Assembly (NCBI GenBank): GCA_051294375.1
Contig: CM119269.1
Location: forward strand, 15,635,918 to 15,699,917
Source of the DNA: Paraspadella gotoi
Lineage: Eukaryota; Animalia; Chaetognatha
Direction: 5' to 3'
Length of the DNA stretch: 64,000 nucleotides
The translations under genes and the position numbers were made by a program. Positions 37,033 through 50,585 of the stretch are shown in pieces (the stretch's first letter is position 1; the number at the start of each line of letters is the position of its first letter). The notes beneath the pieces were generated by a model. It was given only the letters and a program-made list of their open reading frames with translations, ran no database searches and was not told the DNA's origin.

Positions 37033-39256
37033 TCCCATTGAGTCATTGCCCGATGTTAAATTTTCACAAACGATATTTGTGTACGTGAACTTTTCCAGTT
37101 TTTAAAGGACTATTATTCTTAAAAGCGACCGATAACGAAAAAAAAAAGTGAAACGTAAAACTTTCTTGAATTATTTATTGTTCGAAAGTACTTCTGCACT
37201 GTACTTCTGTACTTTTGCAGTAAGTTTATAAAATTTATTTTGATATTGGATTTTTTAGCGAATAAAAGAAAATTATACAAATAACCGTCCTTTTCAGTTT
37301 TTTAAAAAATTCAATATATGAGCGTCAAGATTGTTAAAAAAAGCTAAAATGACGTATTAAATTCTCTTCAGAATATTATTACACTCAGCGAAGACCTGAC
37401 AATGAGGGAAGGCGTTCGATAAGAGCGATAATAGATCAGATTACCCTGAAAAGGGGAGTGAGAAGGAACGGGGGGAATAGGAAAGAGGAATAGTACGATA
37501 CATAGGCACAATAATATTATCCAAAAGAACTTAGTATTTGATAAATTATATCGGCGCAACTAAAAAAAAAGATAAAAGCAAACAAAATTGTAAAGAGAGG
37601 ATGTGAAAATGTTCACAACGAATTCGGATCCGATGTCACAATTCGAGGTTCCAGTTCGATTTTTCGCTTCTCAAATCTCCGTTTTTTCCAACTTTTCGCT
37701 TCTCCGCCTCTCAATTTAACGCTTATCAACTTTTCAACGTTTTTTCAATCTTCCGCTTCTGAACCTTCCGCTTTTATTATTAACCGCTTCAACTCTCTTT
37801 CTTTCTTTTAAATGCGACTTAACATATTATTCACGAAATTCCCATTATCCTATTATCGATCGTTTTATTTGCCTGACTAGAAATTGAAATATTCAATAAG
37901 TTATATACGTTTTAGGAAAACTATGTCCTCGTGTGATTCGTTCAGAAAACGAATGGAAAAGCGATTCGACATTAATTGAAATTTATTGAATCATTTAGAG
38001 GCTGACTTTTGTGACTTTTCGACTTTTTGTGTTTTTTTTTTTCAGAATATTACTTAGTTATTGATAGTTTTTGGTTTTCCGATTACGGCTCAGCAGTTAA
38101 ATAGTCCTTGTCTTCTTCTTAATGAGAGTCTTTCTTCTCATTTTCTGTTACAACTTTTTCATATCATTCTTTTTTATATGAATTATCATCTTCCTGGATA
38201 TTATACTTGTCATCCTTCTCATCGATATCTTTTAAATCCTTTAAACATTTTTTTAGCATAACAGTATAGTAAATTCAATTATTTAAGATTTGGATTCGAC
38301 GTAAAAAACTCAGAAACTTTTACAAAATATTTTTTATGACCGAAAAAAATGACTAAAACGTTTTCACATATATAAGTTTCTACTATAGTTTGGGAGCTCA
38401 AATGATTCGAACAAAGACGACAACGACGACGACGAATATAACAACGAAGACAACGACGAAGTCTTTGAATAAAAAAGTTATGATTTTTCACCTTTTTCCC
38501 CGTTTTTAATTCTGAAAACGACTGAATTTTTGATAATATGCTTTTTAATTTTGATTTAACTTTTTATGAATCTTTATTAAGTTTTAAAAAAATTATTTTT
38601 AAAATTTACTATTTTATAAGAATATTACTACAAATATATTGTATTTTACTATTCTGTTCCCGAGACAATATGAAAAAATTTTTTTTTGTACTATCATACT
38701 ATCATACTATCTCACGTCTAAATATCCTTGTTTGATCACCTAAATATTTTTTTGTTCTTGAGAGCTGAACTCTAGTATACAATAAAAAATCGGACTTAGT
38801 TTTATTTAAAATATTTCTTATAAGATAAGCAATTACATTCCGATGTTGGATTAAAATTTGTTCGCTTTAATTAAGATAAATTAAAAGAACAAGAACGATA
38901 ATGTATACTAAGCGACGCCTAGTAAGCGTTGAACAATAATCTCATTAAAAAATTGCAAAACATATCCAGTAATAAAAAATTTTTAATTAAAGTGACAGAG
39001 GTTGACGACATTGATTTGAAACTAAAGATAATGAAAGAACACATTCGAATACAACAAGGTTGATTCAGTATAATTATAATCGACAAACTATAATACTACA
39101 CTAGATTTTTAAGCCAGAAATTTGAATAATGTTACCACCAGTGGTTTAAATTTATCATGGTGTTTGAGTTAAATTTGACTACGTTTATAAGAATAATTTT
39201 TTATAAGTAGCATAAGCAAAGACATCCTGTTCCAGTGAGAGCGAAATTTGTAAACT

Positions 39257-41029
39257 TTAATTGATATAAATTAATAGAACAGGAACGATGACGAAAATTA
39301 AGCGTAGTAAAACAATGTTAGGTTCGTCATGGCCGGTGATTAGTTTTATATTTTCTCTTACTTTTTCAGTAAAATTTTCCAACCTTGCGAGGTCGTACCA
39401 ACTGAAATCCACTTCTCCGATCTGATTCCTATAACAAGAGCCCAAAACTGAACTAAAATCTTCGATGGGGTAAAATTCTGTAGAGTGAAGTTGATAACTA
39501 TACTTATACATTAATATTATAGCAGGACCCGGCAACCTGTAGGGAGAGAAAGCACCCATCGACAATTTAAACACTTTTGTTGAATAATCACTCGAAAAAA
39601 AACTTTGTAAAATATATAAAGAAAAATAGAGAAATGAAACTGAAAAAATATAAACTATTTTGATCTTTAGCCTTGATTCCTTCTTTTCTAAATGGTGCAA
39701 CAATATTGCTAAGGGAGAAAAAATCAAGATGACAGAAAAAAAAACCAAGTTGTCCGAAATCAGTTTATAGTCAAAAAGTTTGCGGTGAATCATTTTGTAA
39801 TTATTAGCACTATTATCTGTACTTAGATTTGAAAAACATAGTTCATAGGATAGGTCAAATATATATTTTTTAAAATAAAATTTTATTTTTATTATTTTTA
39901 CTAATAGGAAAGAGTACGATAATAACATTAATGTGATATAAATAAATCTGTTGATAAATTTTTTACACTTTCCACGATTGATCAAAATCAAAGAAACAAC
40001 CATGAGAAAAATATTAGTAATCAAATAACTATGTTTGAAAACCATCAATTGTATTTCACGGCATGGTTTATGTAAACTATGGGACCAAAAAAAAGAAAAT
40101 CTATTTTTTTTTGAAAAGACGATACTTCTCGAAACAGTTGAAAGTTTCAAGCATACTAAAAAAAGCAGTATTAGGCTTACTGTCGAATAAATTTCTAGAA
40201 AATAAGTCAAAAATGATTTAGTTAAAATTATGAGATAAATAATATTGATTAAACCCATTATTTGATCAAAAAAAATCAAAGCAAGTAGTGTTGAATATTC
40301 AGGTAGAAAGAGCTTGTAGTTACCAAGATTTATTATCATTGTTGGATTTCGCTTTCTTAATTTTTTATCCACAGGATTCTGACATCCAACAAAGTCAATG
40401 TTTTTATAACGTGGTAAAATAATTCGATCCCATTTTGATCCTTTAGATTTACCCTTTAATTTTACACAATCAAAATAGCTTTGATTATTCCAGCAATCGT
40501 GGTAGATCAATAGCTGTGCATGAGTAGTAGGCTTTATGTTGCTTAGACCCCAATCAGTTTTCACTCCGGCAAATATCCCAATATGTGACGTCATTGTTTC
40601 ATGCGTTTCAATAAAAAAAAACAATGACAGAAAAAAAGCCGAGATGAAGAGTGATCTTACGAGGCCCAAAATTTTAGGTTTTCGGGCACTACAAGAAAGC
40701 TTAACATCTTCAACTACGGGAGCCATGTTCAATATTTTTTGAGAATCTTTTATTAATATTTTGCAATCAGAGAAATTTAAAACTCGAAAAAAAATTATCG
40801 GTAAAAGCGCGATAAAATATTCCGAAAGTCTAACAGAGTAAACCAAAATTATAAATGTGCATACGCTTAAACCCACCATAGATTGGGCAATGTCGAAAAG
40901 TTTTGAAATGCTAGAGATGAATTTTGGACCGATGTTTAATTTTGAATACAAAGTTCTTGAACGAAAGAGAGCAGCTGTGTTTGCGATGCTCATAGTTGAC
41001 AAAAATAGGGAAACATATTGTAATGGTTC
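39257..41029 (-). CDS. XK-related gene exon 3 (long terminal exon, many TM segments)
   Basis: Acceptor ttttttcaAG at 41030-41031; 1773 nt open to TAA despite very AT-rich sequence. Confidence 0.85.
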   Translation of the reverse strand, partial: EPLQYVSLFLSTMSIANTAALFRSRTLYSKLNIGPKFISSISKLFDIAQSMVGLSVCTFIILVYSVRLSEYFIALLPIIFFRVLNFSDCKILIKDSQKILNMAPVVEDVKLSCSARKPKILGLVRSLFISAFFLSLFFFIETHETMTSHIGIFAGVKTDWGLSNIKPTTHAQLLIYHDCWNNQSYFDCVKLKGKSKGSKWDRIILPRYKNIDFVGCQNPVDKKLRKRNPTMIINLGNYKLFLPEYSTLLALIFFDQIMGLINIIYLIILTKSFLTYFLEIYSTVSLILLFLVCLKLSTVSRSIVFSKKNRFSFFWSHSLHKPCREIQLMVFKHSYLITNIFLMVVSLILINRGKCKKFINRFIYITLMLLSYSFLLVKIIKIKFYFKKYIFDLSYELCFSNLSTDNSANNYKMIHRKLFDYKLISDNLVFFSVILIFSPLAILLHHLEKKESRLKIKIVYIFSVSFLYFSLYILQSFFSSDYSTKVFKLSMGAFSPYRLPGPAIILMYKYSYQLHSTEFYPIEDFSSVLGSCYRNQIGEVDFSWYDLARLENFTEKVRENIKLITGHDEPNIVLLRLIFVIVPVLLIYIN

Positions 41030-43172
41030 CTTGAAAAAAATTGATTCAAAATAATTGCTTAAAAATGACAAGAAGCGAATAAAGTAGTTTAATAATTAAT
41101 TGATAATGTAGTCTCAAGCGTACTGTCACTATACAAGAGAAATCAAGTTCAAAGTTACCAACAGAGAAAGGAATAGTGGTTGAGGTTTCAGGAATTCTTA
41201 CAGTTTTATATGATGTCTTTATTTTAAAAATCAAACAATTATATCAAATTTTATCAGCACTGGAATCAAAAGTCAATTTTAAAATTTTTAAATCTTTCTA
41301 ACTGCCAACCGGATAGTTTTTCAGCGACTTAAAAAAACTTATTGTATACGGAAAAAACTTTTGATTTATGTTTTTAGCTGCGACTCGAGCAGTCGGTCAG
41401 TCGGTCCGTCATTATGTCTGTCCGTCGGTCTGTCCCACTTACGTTAAAAACGCTTATAACTTGCCTATAGATTGTTGCTCCTTTGTTGAAAATCAAATCT
41501 AAGCGACTACTGGCGCCGCCCTTTGTTTTTAATGATAAGTAAAAAGAAAAGTAATGCGGCGAAACACCTTGGAATAACCTTTCCTTGTTATTTAAGTTTT
41601 TATGATTAAGGTTTCGAATTTTGTGAAAGAGAAAAGAAGTTCGGTCAGATTATTGAGATACTGTGAAGTACATTTAGCAACACATAAAATTGTTGTCCAT
41701 TTATTTTCTTTCCAGAAAAAAAATTTAGCAATGTAAATAAATAAAAAACATTCAAAATGTTAAAATGTGAAAAATAAAAATTAACGTAGAGTGATTTTTT
41801 AAGTATATTAAATGAAATTGGGTAACTTCGTAAAAAATTTCATTTAATGCACTTAAAAAAAGACTCTTATTTATTTTTTTTCATAGTTTAACATTTTAAT
41901 GTTTTGTTTATTTATTTACATTGCTAAACGTACTATATTCAATAATCTGACAGAATTTTTTTCTCTATCACTCTCCCTAATTCTATTTGTTCTCAGCCTT
42001 CCACTGTCCTTTTCTCAATTCTTTGTTGGAAATCTTTATTTCTCTCTCTCTCTCTCTCTTTCTCAATTTTTAAACTGTGTGAAAATTTATTTCACTAACC
42101 AAGAAGTCTCTCATTGGAGCCGAATCAAGTTTGAGAAAACAATGCTGGATATGCTTAATAAATTAAATATTAATTAAGTAGCATAATCAAATAGTGAAAT
42201 ATATTTTTTTTATTTTTTTCCATTTTAACTCATTTCCACTTGGACGATTCCATCGAAACTTGATTTCCTGCTCAATCACGCACTTTCATACCCACATACA
42301 AAAGTTAATCGTTCCATCTAGTCATGATTAATTGGCGTTCAAAGCTAACGGGGGACGGACGGACGGACAGACGGACAGACGGACGATGTTCTTATATGAT
42401 AGAAATGACTTTGGGGTGGGACAGACGGACCTACAAAGTGGATTATAGATCCGGCTAAAAAATGAAAAAAATTACCAACCTGAATGCTCCATTTACAATA
42501 ATAAATATTTTCTCTGTTGATCCAACAATCGCAAGGAATATTTTCGTTCGGTTCAGTAGAGCCATTTTCGAAAACCCTAACTAAGTACCAATTAGGTTTT
42601 TTTTTTAAACATAAATAAGTTGTACCACTAGTCCACAGAGTCAGTAATGCGTAATACTGGATAAAAAGTTGAGGAAATGCCTCCAAAATACAATGTAGCA
42701 TAGAGTAAACCAAGATTAAATTTTCTTTTACTTCTAAATGAAGTTTTCTAAAAAGAAAAAAAAAATTTATAACGTAAATCCATTTCATCCTTCTATAATC
42801 TATATCCTCATATTATTAAACTTAATTAAATTACCTTAATTCCTTGTTGGTAAGATCGTTTAAAAAATATTCTATAGTTAATGAACACATTCCCAAACCA
42901 AAAAAATGCAGAAGTATAGTTAGCCAATATATCCATTTTTTTTGATAAACAATTGCGTATACTTGTCGATTAATCCTCAGAGCAGCCACTCCAAAAATAG
43001 TTGTTATAAAACAAATAATAAAAAGAATAGCAAGGCTAACCCATCCAATAATTTTGAGTTTAAAATAAGGATTATTTATATAATATACTGCTGTTGATAA
43101 ATCTGTTACCATATCTGTTACTTCCAATATATTTCTTCCTATCAAAAGCAAAACCTTGAGAAACGACTTCAT
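39257..43172 (-). CDS. Spliced gene (3 exons, ~792 aa): XK-related (Xkr/CED-8 family) multi-pass membrane protein
   Basis: Exons 43172-42835, 42747-42480 and 41029-39257 join in frame via GT-AG introns. TM1 carries DMVTD, exon 2 carries LEAFPQLFIQYY (XK ExxPQxxxQ signature), followed by SLFLSTMSIA. Many hydrophobic segments; the last exon lies within the 604-aa ORF. Confidence 0.8.
41371..41590 (+). mobile_element. Degenerate HINE-like family 1 copy in intron 2 of the XK-related gene
   Basis: TTTTTAGCTGCG..(GTCG/GTCC)n..AAATCTAAGCGACTACTGGCGCC..TGCGGCGAAACAC matches family 1. Confidence 0.7.
42190..42460 (-). mobile_element. HINE-like family 2 partial copy in intron 2 of the XK-related gene
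   Basis: CGATTCCATCGAAACTT..GCTCAATCAC and (GGAC)n match 34520-34860. Confidence 0.7.
42480..42747 (-). CDS. XK-related gene exon 2
   Basis: Acceptor tttttAG; contains LEAFPQLFIQYY. Donor CAG|GTTGGT (phase 0) matches the phase-0 acceptor of exon 3. Confidence 0.8.
42835..43172 (-). CDS. XK-related gene exon 1
   Basis: ATG at 43172, MKSFLKVLL...DMVTDLSTAVYY..., donor AAG|GTAATT (phase 2), 87-nt intron. An upstream exon cannot be excluded. Confidence 0.8.
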
Positions 43173-43637
43173 AATATGTAAAGAAATTAGGAAAAAAAAG
43201 ATTTAAATTTTTGGCCGGCTACTTTGCAAACCTTCCGTGGATCGTCACTAGTAACAAGTAACTAGTTGCATTCGCTCTGTTTTAATCAATTCTTTTGAAA
43301 CTGCTGTGTTCGTTTACTAATCAAAAATTTTTTTTCAAAAATTTGTTTGGAAGAGAATAAGAAACTAATTCAAAAATCAGAAATTAACAAAAACTAAAAC
43401 AAAAAACAAGAAAACAGAAAAAAAGTTTTGTATATTCAATGGAGTTTAGTTGGTTCACTATTTTTTGTTTTCTCTTCCTTTTTTCCTTTTTCTTTTTAGC
43501 CTCTTTCTCTTTAAAGCCCGAAAAATCCATCACATTTACAAGATAATAACAAAGCAAAACCTTGCAAGACTTCAATCATGACTCTGTCATTTTATTAACC
43601 CCCAGAGTACCTGGCTTCCCTATGAAGGGGTATAATA

Positions 43638-43850
43638 CAGAGTGTCTCAAGCGTACTGTCATCTTATAAATGAATACAGTGAATTAGTACAGTTCTAAAA
43701 AATGCATTTACTGTACTCTCTCAAGAAGTTCTTACAGTTTTATATGATGTCTTTATTTTTAAAATCAAACGATTATATCACATGTTATCAGCACAAGTAA
43801 ATTTTTTATCAATATTGAACAATTCAAATCTTTCTAAATACCTAAAATAT
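43638..43850. repeat. Dispersed repeat fragment (Tc1-like end TA|CAGAGTGTCTCAAG); second copy at ~41110-41305
   Basis: Both copies share GTCTCAAGCGTACTGTCA and TTCTTACAGTTTTATATGATGTCTTTATTTT.AAAATCAAAC.ATTATATCA. Confidence 0.65.
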
Positions 43851-44960
43851 TTTTTTAGCTACTTTGTTACACAATAATATGTCGCCACGGTATAATGATG
43901 GTCACAGGCCTTTCCTGACAGATTTTCACCATAGTCCTTCCGGATTCAAGAGTATTTGATTGGTTTTAATCTACATGAACAATGAACATTTTTTTTCACT
44001 CAAAGAAGGACAACTTAAAAAAAATTATATCATCTAAATTTTTTGATCAATTGTTAAACCAAAAATCCCCCCTAATTTGAACTTTGCATTGTGTCAACAA
44101 AAATACAAATAAACCTGACAATGGAGATACCATAAACATTAAACAAGTTTGAAGAAACAACGACGGATCTGCCTACGATAATTAAGCGGTAATAAGCTAA
44201 TCCGATGATAAATCTGACTTTCAATTTGTGATCGAGTTTTCTTCGCAACATCTTCGATTCCTGGAGGCGACGGAGAAATCGTCGATTTAGTCTTCGCCAT
44301 CGTCGTCGTCGTCGACGTCGTCGTCTTTGTCTTTGCGCTAGAAATTTGCTTCGACCGGGGGTCAATCCTTTGGGATAATGTCTTCACAGTCAAGGTCACT
44401 ATCACGTACTGGCTTGTGCCATTGCGCCAGTGTTCAAGAGTCGAGGCATCTATCAAGTCTGGTCCAACATAGAAACCTCACTAGCTTACTATTAGTATTC
44501 TAATCATTATCGTCAATCAACCGTGATCCACATTGCTTGAAGTCAATCAATCCTGTTGGGCCATTTTCGTTACTTTTCTTTCTATAGATTCCTTTGCCAG
44601 CCCTCACTTTATGAACCCATTCTCTTACCCTTAAAAATGAAATACGCACAAAGGACCGTAGTTAGTCAATAACGAATGATCAGTTAAAGCCTACCTTCCC
44701 TTCATTTTCCTTTAAAAGCATTGGTTTCAGCAAGATCACGCAATGGGATCGTCATTCTGATCGCTTCTTCCGTCGCCGTCCGCAACAGACGGTAGGTTAG
44801 AGAGCGGCGTCCATAAAACAAGCACCGGCGTCCAGTCAAGGCGCAATTGCTTGTGCGCCAATGGGATTGGCGACTTCCGCCGAACGCGAGCACGAGACGA
44901 GTGGAAGACGAAAACGGATCTCTCGCTCTCTATCGCTTTTTCTCTTTCCTTTTTAAAGTG

Positions 44961-45025
<65 letters not shown>

Positions 45026-46720
45026 TCTCTCTCTTCTCTCTCTCTCTCTCTCGCGCGCGCTCTCTCTCTCTCTCTTTCCAAAATTGGACGTCAGAGTGGG
45101 GAGGAGAAAAAATGGAGGAGGCAATCAACGAGGTGTGAAAAAGATAATGATGCAGCACATTTGCAGCACATTTTCTGCACATTTGCTGCTACGTTTATTC
45201 AGTTAATCTCGGGAGAGAGGCGTGGAATGGGCGGAGGGACTCGATGGATTCCAATCGTTGAATCGATTCGAAAGAAAAGAAAAGAGAAAGTTGAAAAGAA
45301 AAGAGAAGAAGTAAAGAAAAGTGGAGAGAAAGGAGAGAAAAAAGAGAAGAAGAAAATAAAAGTGGAGAAAAGGGAGAAAGGAAAAGAGAATAAGAAAAGA
45401 AAAGTGCAGAGAAAGGAAAGAGGAAAAGAGAAGAAGAAAAGAAAAGTGGAGAGAAAGGAAATAGGAAAAGACATACGGATTAGACTGTGCAAATATACAT
45501 ACAAAAATTTAAAAAAGAAAGGTTGAATAGACAAGTATAATAATTAATAAGGAAAGAAGAAAGAGAGGATAAATACGAATTTAAAAAAATATGTTATTAT
45601 TCAACAAACTGATTTTTTTTATGTTCAGTCCCGCCTCATCTTTTACCGCTGTTACTAAACAGAAAAAAAAATCTTAACTCCAAAGGCTCTTTAATTCTGT
45701 GACTATTGTTTTTATTCCCTCGAATTTTCCCACTTTGCAGAGTAAAGTGAATTGTAACAAGATAAGAAAGAAGAAGAAAAAAAAAAAGAAAACAGAAACC
45801 GTAGCCACTGAAGGCAGGACGGTGGAAAAAAGAGAAGAAATAAAAACCGGAGAGTCTGGACGCGAACCAACGACTTCGGTAAAAGGGCGAAGCGTTAAGA
45901 AAAAATAAAAAGAAAAAAAAAGAAAGAAAACGCGAAACAAATCTCCTTTTTATGGTCGCTGTACGTCAGCAAACGTGAGCTGACCAGATCAGCGCGCCTG
46001 CGCAAACTCGCGCCACCAAACCTTTCCATTGTTTTTCTTTATCCTTTCCCATTTTCCTCTTTGACTCTCCCTTCTTATCCTTCTTTTCCCTTTTCCACGG
46101 TTTCATCTTCTCTCTTTATTCTTCTCTTTCTCTTTCTTCCTATCTATCCTTCCCCCAATTTCTTCTTCTCTCTTTATCCTTCTCTTTCTCTTTCTCCCTT
46201 TCTCTCCTTCCCCCAATTTCTCCTTCTCTCTTCATCCTTCTCTTTCTCTTTCTCCCTTTCTCTCTTTCCCCCAATTTCTCATTTTATATTTAACCTTCTC
46301 TTTCTCCCTTTCTCTCCTTCCCCAATTTCTCTTTCTTCTTCCTTCCCTTTCTCTTTCTCCCTATCTCTCCTTCACCCAATTTATCTTTCTCTCTTTATCC
46401 TTCTCTTTCTCTTTCTCCCTTTCTCTCCTTCCCCCAATTTCTCTTTCTCTCTTTATCCTTCCCTTTCTCTTTCTCTCTTTTTCTCCTTCTTCCTCCCTTT
46501 TTTTCTCCTTCTCATTTCCAGTAGAATCTCGTGTTTTGCCACGAGGTTTTTCCCCCCGCTCCGCCTTCCCCGTTGAGGCCCTAGCCTTTCGCAGGTTTAT
46601 GCCAGCGGAGAGAGAACGCACTATGAATTGTAAATCCCCTTTTTTTGTCCTTCTTATCGGATTCTGGAGACGAGAGAGAAAAGGAAAGGGAGAGAAAGAG
46701 AGAGAGAGAGAGAGAGAGAT

Positions 46721-46756
<36 letters not shown>

Positions 46757-46912
46757 ATCATAGGTCATCCAATACTTTTCATTTCTTATTGTTTTCGTGG
46801 GCCAAATATCGTAATAGGTAAAAAGACGGATTTTTTTCCGAATTTTCAGTCAAAGTTTATTTATTCATGATTTTCTATATTTCTGTTTCAGTTTGTGTAT
46901 CTTTCTGTCACA

Positions 46913-46914
46913 TT

Positions 46915-47004
<90 letters not shown>
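46913..47004. repeat. (TTTC)n microsatellite
   Basis: Directly visible. Confidence 0.95.
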
Positions 47005-47007
<3 letters not shown>

Positions 47008-48968
47008 TTTGTTTTTTTCTTTCTTTTTTCTATCATTATCCTCACCCTGGTTTCCCCTCGACTTTTATCTCAAGGTTATAGAGTTTCCGTTTGAATTTTT
47101 TCTCCCCTTTTTTCTTTCAAATAAAAATCCCTTGCCAATTCCTTTGCGAGAACGGAGGCGTGACTGCGACGCGAGAGGCGCTCCGCGTCGTAGATCACAA
47201 ACAAAACAAAAGAACCCTATGCAAACAAAAAAATTTAATTGTTAATTCATTTCTGGTTTAGAAAGAAAAAACTGGTCGTTTTTTAATCAAAACATTTTTT
47301 TATTTAAAAAACTCATAAGAAAATTCTTTAGAAGAACAATATTTTTTTTGGAAAAAGATAAAAAATAGTTTGAAAAATTGGGTTTTCTTCCGAGGTTTAA
47401 TGTCTCAAAAAATACTACCAGATCAACGGACTGCAGTCCCAAAGGATTCTACCCATTACGTTGAAAAGCTTTTTCCGCATTAGCAACGTTATTAACGTGA
47501 TGCTTTTCGGAGAACTTTCTCACTTCTCAGCCTCTATTCACAATCCCGTGAGAAAAAAAAATGATAAACAAAATTTATCTCTATTCCCTGACCCCCTATT
47601 GTTGTTGTTGTTTTGTTTTCAGGTTGTCGTTGTTGTTGTTGACTGGAAGTGCCACTTGGATGAACTTCAGTTTACTTATGGAAAGATATATGCGAAATAT
47701 GTTTTACGAAGTGAACGTTTATAGAAGCAAAGTAGAAGCTAGCCCGGGAAAACTCAATTTCTATTGTGAAGTTTCTTTTATCTTCACAACTCTAAAGTTT
47801 GAAGCGTCGCCCGTTTAAATATTTCAACGTGAGAGTAACGAAGTAAAACGAATAATTATAAGTTTATAGACTTTATTTGTACTTTATTAAAGGCGAAACA
47901 TACTTCTTAAAACTCGAAAAAATTGAGTTTTCCCGAGTAAGCGTTGTTTCTTTGTTTCTATAAACTAATGTTTAAAATGTTTAAATTCAAGTCAATCGCT
48001 ATGCGAAAAAACTAAAGGTTGTTTAAAAGTCTATCATTATTTTATATTATTTTAAACAATTTGTGAAGAGAAAAACATTTTTTTTCCCCGAGCGTCGTCT
48101 TTCAATTCCCGTCCGATGACTGAATCCGATTCTTTTACGAATCTCGAGATTTTCTTTTTATTTCCTCTCATATTTCTCCTTGTTCTCGAAGACAAAAAAT
48201 AAATAAAAAGTTTTATTATAAAATGAAAAAAAAAAAAGAAGAAAAAAAAGAAATTGGCTATTTATGTCTTTTGGTATGAAAAAAAAGCGGACATGGTCTG
48301 GACAAGAAAAGATATAAAAAAAATAATTTGGCCAAGGCAAGGTCGGGAGTTCATGCTCGTCATAACAGTTTGGAAGTAAGTGGGGTATATGCAGGGTGAT
48401 AGGTCACCACAAACAGGAAGGTGAGTAAATTATTTTAGCAAAAAGACCAATGCGATAAAAACAAAAGGACATAAAACTGAAAAAAAAACAACTGTTTTAT
48501 AGATCATAGCGCGGCAAAAAATCTGAGATGTGAGATCTATAAATCTGTAAATTTTAAGTTTGATCGTTTGCGAAATTGCTAGATTTATTTATTGATCTAT
48601 GACTATTCGTAGGATTTATTAATTGTCTTATTTATTTCCTCCTTACGTATTGATTACTCATTTACGAATTTGTGTATGATAGACACTGTTTTCCCGAATT
48701 CATTATTTATGTATAAATTTAATCTTAAACTCCATCTTATCTTTCGTCTTCCATCAAATCTAAGAAAAAAGATAAAGACTCAACAATAACGGTCAAGTTG
48801 ACATTATTGAAAGCCGCTAGGAAATAACCTTTATAAATAAAAGCATTTAAAGGCTATTTTTAAAAGAAAAACCTAATAAATATGGCGGCGGGAAAAAATA
48901 ATCGATAACAAGTGAACAAACTCCGATAGAAAAAGAGAATAAAAGAGACCTTTCTCGCGACTCCTCAA

Positions 48969-49031
<63 letters not shown>

Positions 49032-49509
49032 CCGGAAGAACAGCTCGTGCTTCTCTTTGATTAATGCCGAGGGGCTGCGGGTTTTTTTTCTCCTCTTTTG
49101 AGTGTTTGGCCCCATGACGCTTTGGTTTGAGAGTCACGTCCAGTGACGTCGCTTTCGGCCCGAGCCTTTCCTCCAATTGGCTGGATTTCGAAACTAAAAA
49201 AGACTTTCGTTCGCGTCGGTGGAAGCGGAAGTGGCCTGGTGACGCTTGATGGACGACGTCGATGAACTCCGGGCAGAGCCTGATTGAAGCGCCTGATTGC
49301 GAGGCGTCGTGACTGCCGCTCTTGCTGTAGTTGATGGCTTTAGCTCTGATGTGGTAAACTAAACTGTTTTCTTTATGGAAAAGTGACGTGCTATCTTTCT
49401 TACTTAATTTAATCCATATAGAGACGAAACCTTTTATCCAAAAAATCTCCCCCGATCCGGTAAAGAGTTTTCGGCTCTTACCTTCCCCGGGCACCAAATT
49501 TTCGCCCGG

Positions 49510-49544
<35 letters not shown>

Positions 49545-50585
49545 GCTCTCATCTCATCTTTCTTTCTCCATCGTCTCTTTCTCCTCCGATTTACCCGTTG
49601 CTGAGCGACTTTCCGGCTCCAAATTTTCGGCGCCCAATTTCCGAGAAATGCTTAGGCGCGTCATTTGCCAAATTTGTTGGTGGAGATTAATGGAGGCGTT
49701 GAAGGAGGATGAGATCGACGACGGACGACGGACGACGACGACGACGACGACTGACGACGACGACGACGACTGACGACGACGACGACGACGACTGACGACG
49801 ACCAAGATAATGATGAGCGATTAAATGGAAAGCACCTGTTCCTCCTTAATTTGAGGGGATAATTTATCGCCGAGGAAAAAGAGTCGGCAGCTGGCGATGG
49901 CTTATGAAGTCGATAAGCGAATTTATCAGAGATTATCGGCGGAGGAGAAAGAAAGGGGTCGGGCTGACCCTCCCCCCCCCGGATGTAGTAGGCGTCGAGG
50001 GATGTAGTTCTTGGTATTGTTGCCGTTAACGTCGTCGCCGCCGTCGGCTCCCAACGTCGATGAACCTTCGAATTTCTCTCTTCTCAACTTGAAAGCTCGT
50101 GACTCATTTAAGTCAGCCACATCTGGATTGGGAGAGCGGGTCAACGTTCGATCCTTTCCGGTCTGAACCATCTTTAGACGGTTGCCAAGCAACGATCAAC
50201 AATTTCTCCTTTTTTTTTTACACTTTTTATTAACTTTTTACGGTTTTGAGTGTCCGACTTGTTTGAAGTCGACTTGAAAACCTCCGGTAGATGTAGTATT
50301 TGTAAAATGAGGGCGATTTGTTTTTTTTTTTCAAAAACCGGTCCACATAAAACCTAAAACCTATTGGCTCCTTCCCCTTTTGGAAATAAAAAGTACGAAC
50401 GCTGTTGGAATCGCTATATCTTTTACAAGACCGAAGCGAGGAAGCGAGTCTCTCGGCCGAGAGCAGTGAGGACTGAGGATCATTCGCTTCCATTTCTCAA
50501 ATAAAACGTCGAGTGGAATTGGAATTCCTCCGGGAGGGATGAAACCAGGGATGGAGAAATGATTTGAGGGATGGAGAGATGGAAG

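Noticed and set aside
43545-43580. Short match to the XK gene start (AAGGTTTTGCTTT; MKSCKVLL versus MKSFLKVLL)
   Set aside because: Only ~25 bp with no continuing homology or usable ORF; chance or a tiny local duplication.
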